From positions 51,862 to 115,861 of the forward strand of contig JBBRCK010000001.1 of assembly GCA_038205015.1 (NCBI GenBank): a stretch of DNA of 64,000 bases, given 5' to 3'. The notes under the pieces are model-generated. The model was given only the letters and a program-made list of their open reading frames with translations. It was not told where the DNA came from and did no database searches. This document shows, piece after piece, positions 1-7,908 of the stretch. Positions within the stretch are counted from its first letter, which is position 1. Each line of letters begins with the position of its first letter. This stretch comes from Candidatus Levyibacteriota bacterium (GTDB taxonomy: Bacteria; Patescibacteriota; Microgenomatia; Levybacterales; UBA12049). A program made the position numbers and the translations under genes.

Positions 1-32
1 CTCCGAATGCTTTAATTCTAATTTTTCCCATA

Positions 33-455
33 TTAAACTACCTTAATACCCATTGAGCGGGCTACTCCTTCGACAATTTTTCTGGCCGGTTCTAATTCGT
101 CGGTATTTAAATCTTCCATTTTGGCTTTGGCAATTTCTTCGGCTTGCGTTTTAGTTAGGGTACCTGCTGATTCATTTCCTGGTTTTTGTGAGCCTTTTTC
201 AAGTCCCAAGGTTTTTTTAATCATTTCGGCAATCGGTGATTTCTTGACAATAAATGAAAAAGTTCTGTCCTCATAAACAGTAATAACAGCAGGAACAATG
301 GTTCCTTTTTGATCTGCAGTCCTATCGTTAAAAGCTTTAACGAATTCCATAATCGGAAGTCCGTGAGGACCAAGTGCTGTTCCAACCGGTGGCGCCGGTG
401 TTGCAGCTCCTGCAGGAATGTTAATTTTTATTAATGTTTTTATCTTTTTAGCCAT
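33..455 (-). CDS. rplK: 50S ribosomal protein L11
   Basis: PAGAATPAPPVGTALGPHG and ARSMGI motifs; follows nusG. Confidence 0.98.
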   Translation of the reverse strand: MAKKIKTLIKINIPAGAATPAPPVGTALGPHGLPIMEFVKAFNDRTADQKGTIVPAVITVYEDRTFSFIVKKSPIAEMIKKTLGLEKGSQKPGNESAGTLTKTQAEEIAKAKMEDLNTDELEPARKIVEGVARSMGIKVV

Positions 456-511
456 ATATTTTTAGGAATTGTTGAATAAGTAGAGAAGTACCAAAGAGGT
501 ATTCTTATCTA

Positions 512-539
512 CTGGTTCAAGCGATCAACGATCTCCCAG
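512..539 (-). promoter_or_regulatory. Putative L1-binding autoregulatory leader of rplK(-rplA)
   Basis: Minus strand CTGGGAGATCGTTGATCGCTTGAACCAG forms a stem with an asymmetric internal loop (GGGAG/GCTTGAACC) like known L1 operators; lies between nusG and rplK. Confidence 0.6.
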
Positions 540-559
540 GTTTCCAATAAGTTTTAGTA

Positions 560-1366
560 TTATAACTTAGTAACTTGTAAAAAGTCCAGCTCTACGGGTG
601 TTTCTCTTCCAAAAATTGATACCAAAACTTTTAATTTTCCTTTTGCTTCGTCGATGTTATCGATGGTTCCCAAGAAGTCTGCAAATGGTCCGTCAACAAT
701 TTTAACAGCCTCCCCAACGGTAAATGCAGCCTTGAATAGTGGTTCTTCGGTTGCCATAAACTTTTGAATTGCTTCGACTTCTTTATCGGAAATTGGAGTA
801 GGCTTGTTTCCAGCGCCGATAAAGGCGGTTACGCCCTGAGTAGTTCTTACTAAAAGCCAGCTTTCATCATCCAAAATCATTTTTACTAAAACGTATCCCG
901 GGAAGATTTTCTCTTTGACTGTTTCTTTTTTGCCTTGTGAAACTTTAACTGTTTCTCTGGTTGGAACAATAATGTCAAAGATTCTCTCTTCAAATCCCAT
1001 TGATTCAATTCTTTGGTGAAGGGATTTTGAAACTTTATTTTCATGTCCCGAATAAGTATGTACGATATACCATTTTCCCGCATCCGATGGGGAAGAGGTA
1101 ATTGGTGTTTCTACTACTGCTGGCTCTTCAGCTACTTCACTTGTTGCTTCAGTTTTGCCGTCTTCTTCTACGCTTTCGATTAATTCTTCTTTTGGAGCTT
1201 CGATTTCTTCGACTTTTTCAGGTGCTTCAATTGCTTGCGGGGCCACTTCTTCAACTGGTTTTTCTTCAACAACCGATTCCTCCACAATATCAGGGGTCGC
1301 ATCAGGTGCGACTTCCTCAACTGCTTCTTCTTTTACTCCTTCTACTGGTTTCTTATTATCATCCAT
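560..1366 (-). CDS. nusG: Transcription factor NusG with ~95-aa acidic N-terminal extension
   Basis: WYIVHTYSGHENKV, FPGYVLVKM, KOW domain GPFADFLG...SIFGRETPVEL. Confidence 0.98.
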   Translation of the reverse strand: MDDNKKPVEGVKEEAVEEVAPDATPDIVEESVVEEKPVEEVAPQAIEAPEKVEEIEAPKEELIESVEEDGKTEATSEVAEEPAVVETPITSSPSDAGKWYIVHTYSGHENKVSKSLHQRIESMGFEERIFDIIVPTRETVKVSQGKKETVKEKIFPGYVLVKMILDDESWLLVRTTQGVTAFIGAGNKPTPISDKEVEAIQKFMATEEPLFKAAFTVGEAVKIVDGPFADFLGTIDNIDEAKGKLKVLVSIFGRETPVELDFLQVTKL

Positions 1367-1371
1367 ATTTT

Positions 1372-1563
1372 TTAATGCTTGGTAACTATTAATGAGACTA
1401 ATTTTGTAAGTATAAAATCGGTTACTCCTAAAAATATACCTACAGCTAAACTTACTAATATTACAACTCCGGTAAGTCTGATTATTTCATCTCGTGTTGG
1501 CCAGACTACCTTTCTTAGTTCGTCTCTTACTTCTTTTAAAAAAACAACTGGTGTTGTTGCCAT
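1372..1563 (-). CDS. secE: Preprotein translocase SecE
   Basis: ELRKVVWPTR motif plus one TM helix; upstream of nusG. Confidence 0.97.
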   Translation of the reverse strand: MATTPVVFLKEVRDELRKVVWPTRDEIIRLTGVVILVSLAVGIFLGVTDFILTKLVSLIVTKH

Positions 1564-1675
1564 AAAATTAAAATCCTAAGTTTAGTGGGATTTGTCAAAT
1601 ATTTTATCAGATATTTATCTTTGTGTAAAGAAGAAGGTTGACAGGAAATATTACTAAGCATTACAATCTAAAGAC

Positions 1676-2560
1676 ATGAACAAGAAAATTAGAAAAGTTG
1701 TTATTCCTGCCGCTGGATTTGGAACCCGCTTTTTACCTCAGACAAAAGCAATGCCTAAAGAAATGCTCCCAATTGTTGATAAGCCGGTTATTCAATACGT
1801 GGTCGAAGAAGCGGTAGAATCGGGGATAGAAGACGTAATAATAGTAACCGGAGCCGCGAAAAGGGCAATTGAAGACCATTTTGATGTTCCAAATGCAGAG
1901 CTTATTAGGAATTTGGAAATGGGTGGAAAAGATGAATTGGTAAAGCATGTAATGCGCCTTTCTGAATTGGCAAATTTTATTTACATTAGACAAAAAGGTC
2001 CTTATGGTAATGGAACTCCAATACTTTCAGCAGAACCGGCAATTGAAGATGAGCCATTTGCAGTACTTTGGGGAGATGAATTTATTTATTCCAAGCCGCC
2101 AAGACTAAAACAAATGATTGATGTTTATGAAAAATACGGTGGCATTGTAATTTCTGGTGTAAGAATAAATAAAAAAGAAGATCTAAAAAGGTATGGAATT
2201 GCAGATATTACACCGGTTGAGGGAAATGTTTATAAGATTAATTCAATCGTAGAAAAACCCGATCCAGAGCATGCTCCTTCAAACCTTGCAACTCATGGTG
2301 GATATATTCTGCCACCTGAAATTTTTGAAGCCTTAAGAGGTCTGGAGCCGGGAAAGGGTGGGGAAATCTGGCTGGTTGATGCAATTAATAAGTTAAGAGA
2401 TAAGGGCGTTCCAATTTTTGCGGTAGAAATAGAAAATGCTAAATATTATGATACCGGCAATAAACTTGAATATATGAAAACAGTTGTTGAGCTTGGTCTT
2501 AAGCATCCGGATATTAACGGAGCGTTTAAAGATTTCCTCAAAGAGTTAGATCTTAAATAA
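1676..2560 (+). CDS. galU: UTP-glucose-1-phosphate uridylyltransferase
   Basis: VIPAAGFGTRFLPQTKAMPKEMLPIVDKP, IVEKP. Confidence 0.93.
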   Translation: MNKKIRKVVIPAAGFGTRFLPQTKAMPKEMLPIVDKPVIQYVVEEAVESGIEDVIIVTGAAKRAIEDHFDVPNAELIRNLEMGGKDELVKHVMRLSELANFIYIRQKGPYGNGTPILSAEPAIEDEPFAVLWGDEFIYSKPPRLKQMIDVYEKYGGIVISGVRINKKEDLKRYGIADITPVEGNVYKINSIVEKPDPEHAPSNLATHGGYILPPEIFEALRGLEPGKGGEIWLVDAINKLRDKGVPIFAVEIENAKYYDTGNKLEYMKTVVELGLKHPDINGAFKDFLKELDLK

Positions 2561-3177
2561 TGACAAAAAAGAATTTTCCTTTGTTGGCATTTTTCCTTCT
2601 GTTAATTTTTTCTATCCTTTCAATTTTCGTACATTTTAATTTATTTAAAAGTATAGATCTTCAAACTATTATACTACTGCAAAATGTAATTCCAAGAAAC
2701 TTTGATTTAATATTTTCTGTATTTAGTTTACTAGGAAGCGTAGAAATTGTGTTAGTGATTATCTTGATTCTATGGTATTTTATAAGAAAATTGAATTACT
2801 TTTATGTTCTTTTATTTTTTGGAATTTTTCATGTAATCGAACTTTTAGGTAAGGTTTTAGTTAACCATCCGGGGCCAATTGCTAAGTTTTTCCGCTACGA
2901 TATTCCTTTTGTTTTTCCAACTTCTTCTGTAAAGCCTGGCTCATCGTATCCATCAGGTCATTTGGGAAGAACAATGTTTGTTTCAATAATTATTATTTAT
3001 GTTGTTTCAAAACTAAAACTTAAAAAAATGCATAAAAATATAATTTACGTTTTAGTTTTGGCATTTGACATCACAATGTTCTTGTCCAGAATCTACTTAG
3101 GTGAACATTGGTTATCAGATGTAGTCGGAGGTTCGCTTTTAGGCTCTTCGATGATAATATTTGCCCTTATTTTTTAA
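2560..3177 (+). CDS. PAP2-family membrane phosphatase
   Basis: SYPSGH and SRIYLGEHWLSDV motifs; multiple TM helices. Confidence 0.92.
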   Translation: MTKKNFPLLAFFLLLIFSILSIFVHFNLFKSIDLQTIILLQNVIPRNFDLIFSVFSLLGSVEIVLVIILILWYFIRKLNYFYVLLFFGIFHVIELLGKVLVNHPGPIAKFFRYDIPFVFPTSSVKPGSSYPSGHLGRTMFVSIIIIYVVSKLKLKKMHKNIIYVLVLAFDITMFLSRIYLGEHWLSDVVGGSLLGSSMIIFALIF

Positions 3178-3404
3178 TAGGTGGGCCTACCCTCTATAAT
3201 AACAGAACCTACTGGGACTGAAATAACTCTTTGTCTTGGTTCACCTTCAATTTTGACAATTTGTGTTTTTAATATAGCAAATCCTGCATTATATTTTGCA
3301 TACTGAAGTGTTTCATCATGTAGATTGGGATCGTAAACAAGAGTTTCTGATTCCGCCATTACAATTCTGGTAACATTAGGTTCTCCTTCGGTATTTCTTT
3401 TCAT
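3174..3404 (-). CDS. Hypothetical protein (ORFan)
   Basis: 76-aa ORF with its own minus-strand TTGACA (3437-3442) and TAAAAT (3414-3419) promoter. Confidence 0.65.
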   Translation of the reverse strand: MKRNTEGEPNVTRIVMAESETLVYDPNLHDETLQYAKYNAGFAILKTQIVKIEGEPRQRVISVPVGSVIIEGRPTY

Positions 3405-3443
3405 TGTTTAGGGATTTTATGCATTATAAACCTATCTGTCAAG

Positions 3444-3471
3444 TTGACAAAAATATATGCTTTGATATACT
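3444..3471 (+). promoter_or_regulatory. Sigma70 promoter of the candidate ncRNA
   Basis: TTGACA-16 nt-TATACT with extended -10 TG; predicted start G3478. Confidence 0.8.
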
Positions 3472-3477
3472 TATTTT

Positions 3478-3651
3478 GTTCTTTGGTATTAAGAGGAAGT
3501 TGGTAAGATTTTCCTCTACAAATTCACTAGACTAGAGGTACTCCAAAGTTTTTTGGAGGACAGGGCGAATTATCACGTTTCCAAAAGAAGCAGATTTAGC
3601 CCACCTAATTAAAGTTTAGGGGAAACATCAACTCCGCTCGGTACCAAGGAC
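3478..3651 (+). ncRNA. Structured ncRNA, 6S RNA-like rod
   Basis: 5' GTTCTTTGGTAT pairs with 3' GTACCAAGGAC; 3495-3504 pairs with 3627-3635; 3510-3518 pairs with 3617-3625; central unpaired region, branched apex; no ORF in track; starts at the predicted TSS. Confidence 0.65.
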
Positions 3652-3736
3652 GAATTTATTCTTATTATTTATTCTTCGCCCCACAAGGGCTTGTTCTTCG
3701 TACTCCATATTTGATAAAATTAAAGCTAGTACTCAA

Positions 3737-3808
3737 GCCGACTTAGCTCAGTGGTAGAGCAACACTTTTGTAAAGTGAAGGTCCTCGGTCCAAATCCGAG
3801 AGTCGGCT
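3737..3808 (+). tRNA. tRNA-Thr(UGU)
   Basis: GCCGACT/AGTCGGC acceptor stem, anticodon TGT. Confidence 0.95.
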
Positions 3809-3841
3809 CCGTACTTAAGAAATAGAAATATTATAATAAGA

Positions 3842-3928
3842 ATGTGCTTAATTTGTCCTAATTGTCATTCTCTAAGCCCAAATTTTAGAAATTTAAATAA
3901 AGGAAAAGGTAAGATCTTGGAGAATTAA
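3842..3928 (+). pseudogene. C-terminal fragment of an HNH endonuclease
   Basis: Translates MCLICPNCHSLSPNFRNLNKGKGKILEN*, resembling the LLCPNCHS.T..F...N tail of HNH endonucleases. Confidence 0.65.
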
Positions 3929-3964
3929 GTATTTAAAATCAAAAATTTGATAAAATAGATTTAA

Positions 3965-4049
3965 GCTGAGTTGGCGGAGTAGTCAATCGCACCTCGCTGT
4001 AGACGAGGCGCCCGGAAGGGCTACGGGAGTGCAAATCTCTCACTCAGCA
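3965..4049 (+). tRNA. tRNA-Tyr(GUA)
   Basis: CCTCG-CTGTAGA-CGAGG anticodon arm, long variable arm. Confidence 0.95.
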
Positions 4050-4169
4050 CAATTAATACTCGATTTATACTTTACTAAGTTCTATACTAGAACTAGCTCT
4101 ATTTATTGTATGAATTAATATCCTATTTTAAAAGACGAGCTGGAAACACTCTATTCTTCCGGTAGATCA

Positions 4170-4721
4170 ATGTCTGAAATTGCCGTTAGTCTGAAATGCT
4201 CTCTCCATAAAGTAGTTTATTGGATGATAAAGTATAATCTTAAAAGACGAAACAGAAGCGAAGCTTTGTATCTTAAACTAAACCCAAATGGTGATCCTTT
4301 TAATATTAAAGAGGAAATAAATTCAGAAGAAACATTTCTTTATGGTTTGGGTTTGGGAATTTATTGGGGAGAGGGAGAAAGAGTTTCAAAAGGTAAAGTT
4401 AGAGTAGCTAATACTGACCCAAATCTTCTAAGAATATTCCGGAAGTTTCTAATTATATATTGCCAGGTTGATCTTTCCAGGATCCATTATTACCTAATTT
4501 GTTTTAATGATAGTAATCCTGAATTGGTAAAAGCATTTTGGGCAAAAGAACTCAAGATATCGAAAGAAAAATTTGGTAAAATAGTACAGATTGCGTCTCA
4601 GGGGAAAGGAAGTTATAGAAAAAAATCGCAATTCGGAAGTTGTACTATAGAGGTCTCAAACATAAAGTTAAAACATTGGTTAATGCAGGAATTGCATAAA
4701 TTAAATACATTGCCTAGGTAG
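4170..4721 (+). CDS. Free-standing HTH + LAGLIDADG-like endonuclease (possibly 5'-inactivated)
   Basis: LGLGIYWGEG helix followed by VRVANTDPNLLRIFRKFL; N-terminal SMSEIAVSLKCS HTH; in-frame ATG4110 is followed by TAA4116; stop codon lies inside tRNA-Thr. Confidence 0.75.
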   Translation: MSEIAVSLKCSLHKVVYWMIKYNLKRRNRSEALYLKLNPNGDPFNIKEEINSEETFLYGLGLGIYWGEGERVSKGKVRVANTDPNLLRIFRKFLIIYCQVDLSRIHYYLICFNDSNPELVKAFWAKELKISKEKFGKIVQIASQGKGSYRKKSQFGSCTIEVSNIKLKHWLMQELHKLNTLPR

Positions 4722-4783
4722 TTCAGTGGCAGAACGCCAACTTGGTAAGTTGGAAGTCGAGGGTTCGATTCCCTCTCTAGGCT
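4712..4783 (+). tRNA. tRNA-Thr(GGU)
   Basis: CCAAC-TTGGTAA-GTTGG anticodon arm, GGTTCGATTCC T-arm. Confidence 0.96.
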
Positions 4784-4819
4784 CATTTTTGATATAATAG
4801 GCAGGGAGGAGGAAAAATT

Positions 4820-4996
4820 ATGGCAAAAAAAGGAGATCACAGAGCAATATTGGGATTAGTTTGCACTGTTTGTAAAAACAGGAATTATGTTACTACCAGA
4901 AATAAGCTTAATACCTTAGAAAAGTTAGCGCTTAAAAAGTTTTGTAAATTGTGCAGAAAAAAGACCGAACATAAAGAAGTAGATAAGCTTAAATAA
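4820..4996 (+). CDS. rpmG: 50S ribosomal protein L33 (Zn-ribbon form), missing from ORF track
   Basis: MAKKGDHRAILGLVCTVCKNRNYVTTRNKLNTLEKLALKKFCKLCRKKTEHKE; SD GGAGG. Confidence 0.97.
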   Translation: MAKKGDHRAILGLVCTVCKNRNYVTTRNKLNTLEKLALKKFCKLCRKKTEHKEVDKLK

Positions 4997-5048
4997 TCCG
5001 TTTCCTCTTGATTGATTGAGGTAGATTTTCCAAGTATAATAGCGTTAT

Positions 5049-5120
5049 AGGGACGTGGTGAAATGGTTATCACAGCAGTCTCCAAAACTGCTTTTCTCAG
5101 TTCGAGTCTGAGCGTCCCTG
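5049..5120 (+). tRNA. tRNA-Trp(CCA)
   Basis: GCAGT-CTCCAAA-ACTGC anticodon arm. Confidence 0.96.
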
Positions 5121-5125
5121 CAAGT

Positions 5126-5767
5126 TTATAATCCCAGAAGATGCATAGAGAAAGTTAGTAGATTAGAAATTATTCCTCCCAAAGAAATCCCGCCGATTGG
5201 AAACATCAGTAGAAAGAAAAGTATAAATATGCCAATACTACCAATTGAAAGATATGAGTTCGCCTCACGTTCCGGCAAAATTAAGGCAAAAACTTTTGAG
5301 CCATCTAAAGGTGGAATTGGAATTGAGTTAAAAATTGCCAAAAGAAGATTTATTTTTACTACAGTTAGTAAAAACCATGCAAGATAAACTCCACCTGAGG
5401 CGGATAAAATAAATCCTCCCAAAAATCTTAGTATTAATGCAGAAATTACTGCGATTAATATATTTGTAGCAGGACCTGCCAAAGAAACAAGGGCCATATC
5501 TTTTCTGCCGTCTTTTAGGTTAAAAGGATCGACCGGTACAGGCTTGGCTGCCCCAAAAATTACCGGTGAGCCCGAAATAATAAGAATTAAGGGAAGAGCT
5601 ATGCTCATAAAAGGGTCAATATGATTTTTGGGGTTTAAGGTAAGCCTGCCCATAAGCCTTGCTGTGGGGTCACCAAGTCTTTCTGCAATCACTCCGTGAG
5701 CTATTTCGTGCAAGATTGCCGAGTAGATTAAAATAATTAAAGATAGAAGTCCTGTTATCAAATCCAT
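5126..5767 (-). CDS. Site-2 protease, M50 family
   Basis: HEIAH, AGPATN, FNSIPIPPLDG. Confidence 0.95.
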   Translation of the reverse strand: MDLITGLLSLIILIYSAILHEIAHGVIAERLGDPTARLMGRLTLNPKNHIDPFMSIALPLILIISGSPVIFGAAKPVPVDPFNLKDGRKDMALVSLAGPATNILIAVISALILRFLGGFILSASGGVYLAWFLLTVVKINLLLAIFNSIPIPPLDGSKVFALILPEREANSYLSIGSIGIFILFFLLMFPIGGISLGGIISNLLTFSMHLLGL

Positions 5768-5804
5768 TGTAATTTTAAGGCTTTTTTAGTATACTAGAAA
5801 CTCT

Positions 5805-6071
5805 ATGGCAGCACAATGTTTCAATTGCGGAAAAGGAGTTATGTATGGAAGCACACACAGGCATCATGCAGGTGTAGCTGGAGGACGCTGGAAAAAACGT
5901 GCTCCTAGAACAGCAAAGTTATTCAAGCCAAACCTACATAGTGCAAGAATTATAATTAGTGGTTTTACAAAAAAAGTGAAGCTTTGCACAAAATGTCAGA
6001 GGCTTTTAAAGAAAACAAACCAAGAAGTTTCTCCAACTACTCAAGGTGTAGCTCAGATTTCAGTAGTTTAA
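5805..6071 (+). CDS. rpmB: 50S ribosomal protein L28
   Basis: CFNCGK...FKPNL...LCTKC. Confidence 0.9.
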   Translation: MAAQCFNCGKGVMYGSTHRHHAGVAGGRWKKRAPRTAKLFKPNLHSARIIISGFTKKVKLCTKCQRLLKKTNQEVSPTTQGVAQISVV

Positions 6072-6469
6072 TCTTTTAATTTTTTTTCCTCAAGATTTGC
6101 CCTAACAACCAACAGTGGTGTAATTATTAAGTTTAAATATACCAGTCCTTGCCAGGATGAATTTGCTAAAGAAAGGCCAAAGAAAGTAAGCCAAATTCCT
6201 ACATACATCGGATGATTCAGGTATTTATAAAGCCCTCTGGTAATTCTTTTTTGTTCCATGGGAATTACGCCAAAACTTTTACCTAAGCTTACGTAGCTTA
6301 AAATCCAAAATACTAATCCTGCAATAGCCAGTATTATTCCAAGTAAAATAAGATTTGTAGGTGATTTAAAGCTGGAGGGAGTTTTGGTAATGATAAAGAT
6401 ATTCCCAAAATATAAAAAGGGAACAATAATCGTTGCAACAAATTGTAAAACCAAATTCCACTTAATCAT
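6068..6469 (-). CDS. Isoprenylcysteine carboxyl-methyltransferase/PEMT-family membrane protein
   Basis: GLYKYLNHPMYVG and EEKKL motifs. Confidence 0.85.
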   Translation of the reverse strand: MIKWNLVLQFVATIIVPFLYFGNIFIITKTPSSFKSPTNLILLGIILAIAGLVFWILSYVSLGKSFGVIPMEQKRITRGLYKYLNHPMYVGIWLTFFGLSLANSSWQGLVYLNLIITPLLVVRANLEEKKLKD

Positions 6470-7310
6470 TTATTTTTATAAAATCCAAAAGTCTTTTATC
6501 GCAATTTGGATAGCCGTTGGCAAAATCTTTATAACTCATTTCATTTTTTCCTTCAACCTGAATCTGTTGGTTGGGTAAGAATTTAACTATCTTAGGTTCC
6601 GCTTCTTTGGTCAATTGCACTTTTGCCCAAACGCCGGGCCAAGTATAGTATGCTCGAACCATTCGCTGGAATAATTCACTTTCCGTAGCTAGCCTTGAAA
6701 TATCAAAAAATCCTTCTTCTTTAGTAAGCATTTTTGTAAAAGTTGCATCATTATGATTTTGTGGAGTCATTTTAATTTGTCCAAACTGGTAGCCTTCAAT
6801 AACTTTTTGCAAAGAAGTACTGCCTAATTTAAAAAGTCTCTCATATAGGGATTTAGCAGTATCATCAGGCCTTATTTCTTCTTCAATCTGGTTAATTATC
6901 GCTCCATGATCAACGTGATTATCAAGAGCAATAATACTTATTCCTGTTTTTGTGTCGCCATTTAAGATAGCGTTTTGAACAGGCGTAGCGCCCCGGTATT
7001 TAGGAAGAAGGGATGGGTGAATATTAATTATTCCGAATTCAAAATCTTTAATTGTTTGTTCGGGAATGATTAATCCGAAGTCCGCAACAATTCCCAAAGG
7101 CGCCATGGCTTGGGCAATTTGAGGATTGGAGATTAAGTCGGCAGATTTTGTTAGAGAAATAAAGGGAATGTTTTTAGTCTTGCAAAAAAAGGGGATTGGA
7201 TCAGAGCTTCCTTGTTCGGTTGTGACAACTAAGGCTAAATCGGTTGAGAAGTGAAGCATTTCAATAACTGGAATTACCATTCTTGAAGCTCCAAAAAAAA
7301 CTACTTTCAT
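6462..7310 (-). CDS. fmt: Methionyl-tRNA formyltransferase
   Basis: INIHPSLLPKYRGATP; adjacent to def. Confidence 0.95.
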   Translation of the reverse strand: MKVVFFGASRMVIPVIEMLHFSTDLALVVTTEQGSSDPIPFFCKTKNIPFISLTKSADLISNPQIAQAMAPLGIVADFGLIIPEQTIKDFEFGIINIHPSLLPKYRGATPVQNAILNGDTKTGISIIALDNHVDHGAIINQIEEEIRPDDTAKSLYERLFKLGSTSLQKVIEGYQFGQIKMTPQNHNDATFTKMLTKEEGFFDISRLATESELFQRMVRAYYTWPGVWAKVQLTKEAEPKIVKFLPNQQIQVEGKNEMSYKDFANGYPNCDKRLLDFIKIND

Positions 7311-7353
7311 ACTAGTTGTAAGTATATATTATCTGGTATTTAGAGGCTAGTGG

Positions 7354-7908
7354 TTAGATTTTAAGTTCGTTGAAAATTTCCTCGCCTTTTTCGTCTTTTT
7401 CAGATCTATACAAAGTGCCGTTTTGTTCTAAAACTCTCTTTGGGAATAAAATTCCGTCCAAATGATCCATTTCGTGTTGAATTATTGTAGCCATAAAACC
7501 GGTAAATTTTTTCTTGTGTAAAACATTATTTTCATCCAGATATTCTAGATAAATTTCCTGGTATCTTTTTACTTCTCCCCAAATGTTGGGAAGGGAAAGG
7601 CATCCTTCTAATTTCTTTGTTTTGGATTCACTTTCTTTTTCTTTTTTTAAGGATTTTACAACGCGTGGATTTATAAAAATAAAAATTTTGGATTTAAAGC
7701 TGGGTTTTGTTATAAAAATTTTAAGTTGTTTTCCAATTTGCGGAGCAGCCAACCCGACACCCACAGGATCAGATGCCGATTCTAAAGCTAGTTTCATTTC
7801 CTCAATAAGAATTAAAATTGTTTTATCAATTCTAATAACTGGTTTTGCCTTTTCGGACAGAACAGTTTGTGGGGCTTTTATAATTTCTAACATTTCTATT
7901 TGCTCCAA
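7354..7908 (-). CDS. def: Peptide deformylase
   Basis: GVGLAAPQIG, EGCLS, QHEMDHLDG. Confidence 0.98.
   Translation of the reverse strand: MEQIEMLEIIKAPQTVLSEKAKPVIRIDKTILILIEEMKLALESASDPVGVGLAAPQIGKQLKIFITKPSFKSKIFIFINPRVVKSLKKEKESESKTKKLEGCLSLPNIWGEVKRYQEIYLEYLDENNVLHKKKFTGFMATIIQHEMDHLDGILFPKRVLEQNGTLYRSEKDEKGEEIFNELKI

Noticed and set aside
3478-3651. RNase P RNA or SRP RNA identity for the ncRNA
   Set aside because: GAGGAAG resembles RNase P P4 and GAAGCAG resembles SRP helix 8, but the RNA is too short for RNase P and lacks the SRP CAGG-GNRA loop; a 6S-like rod fits better
4613-5085. Minus-strand ORFs 4613-4840 and 4885-5085
   Set aside because: Antisense to tRNA-Thr, rpmG and tRNA-Trp
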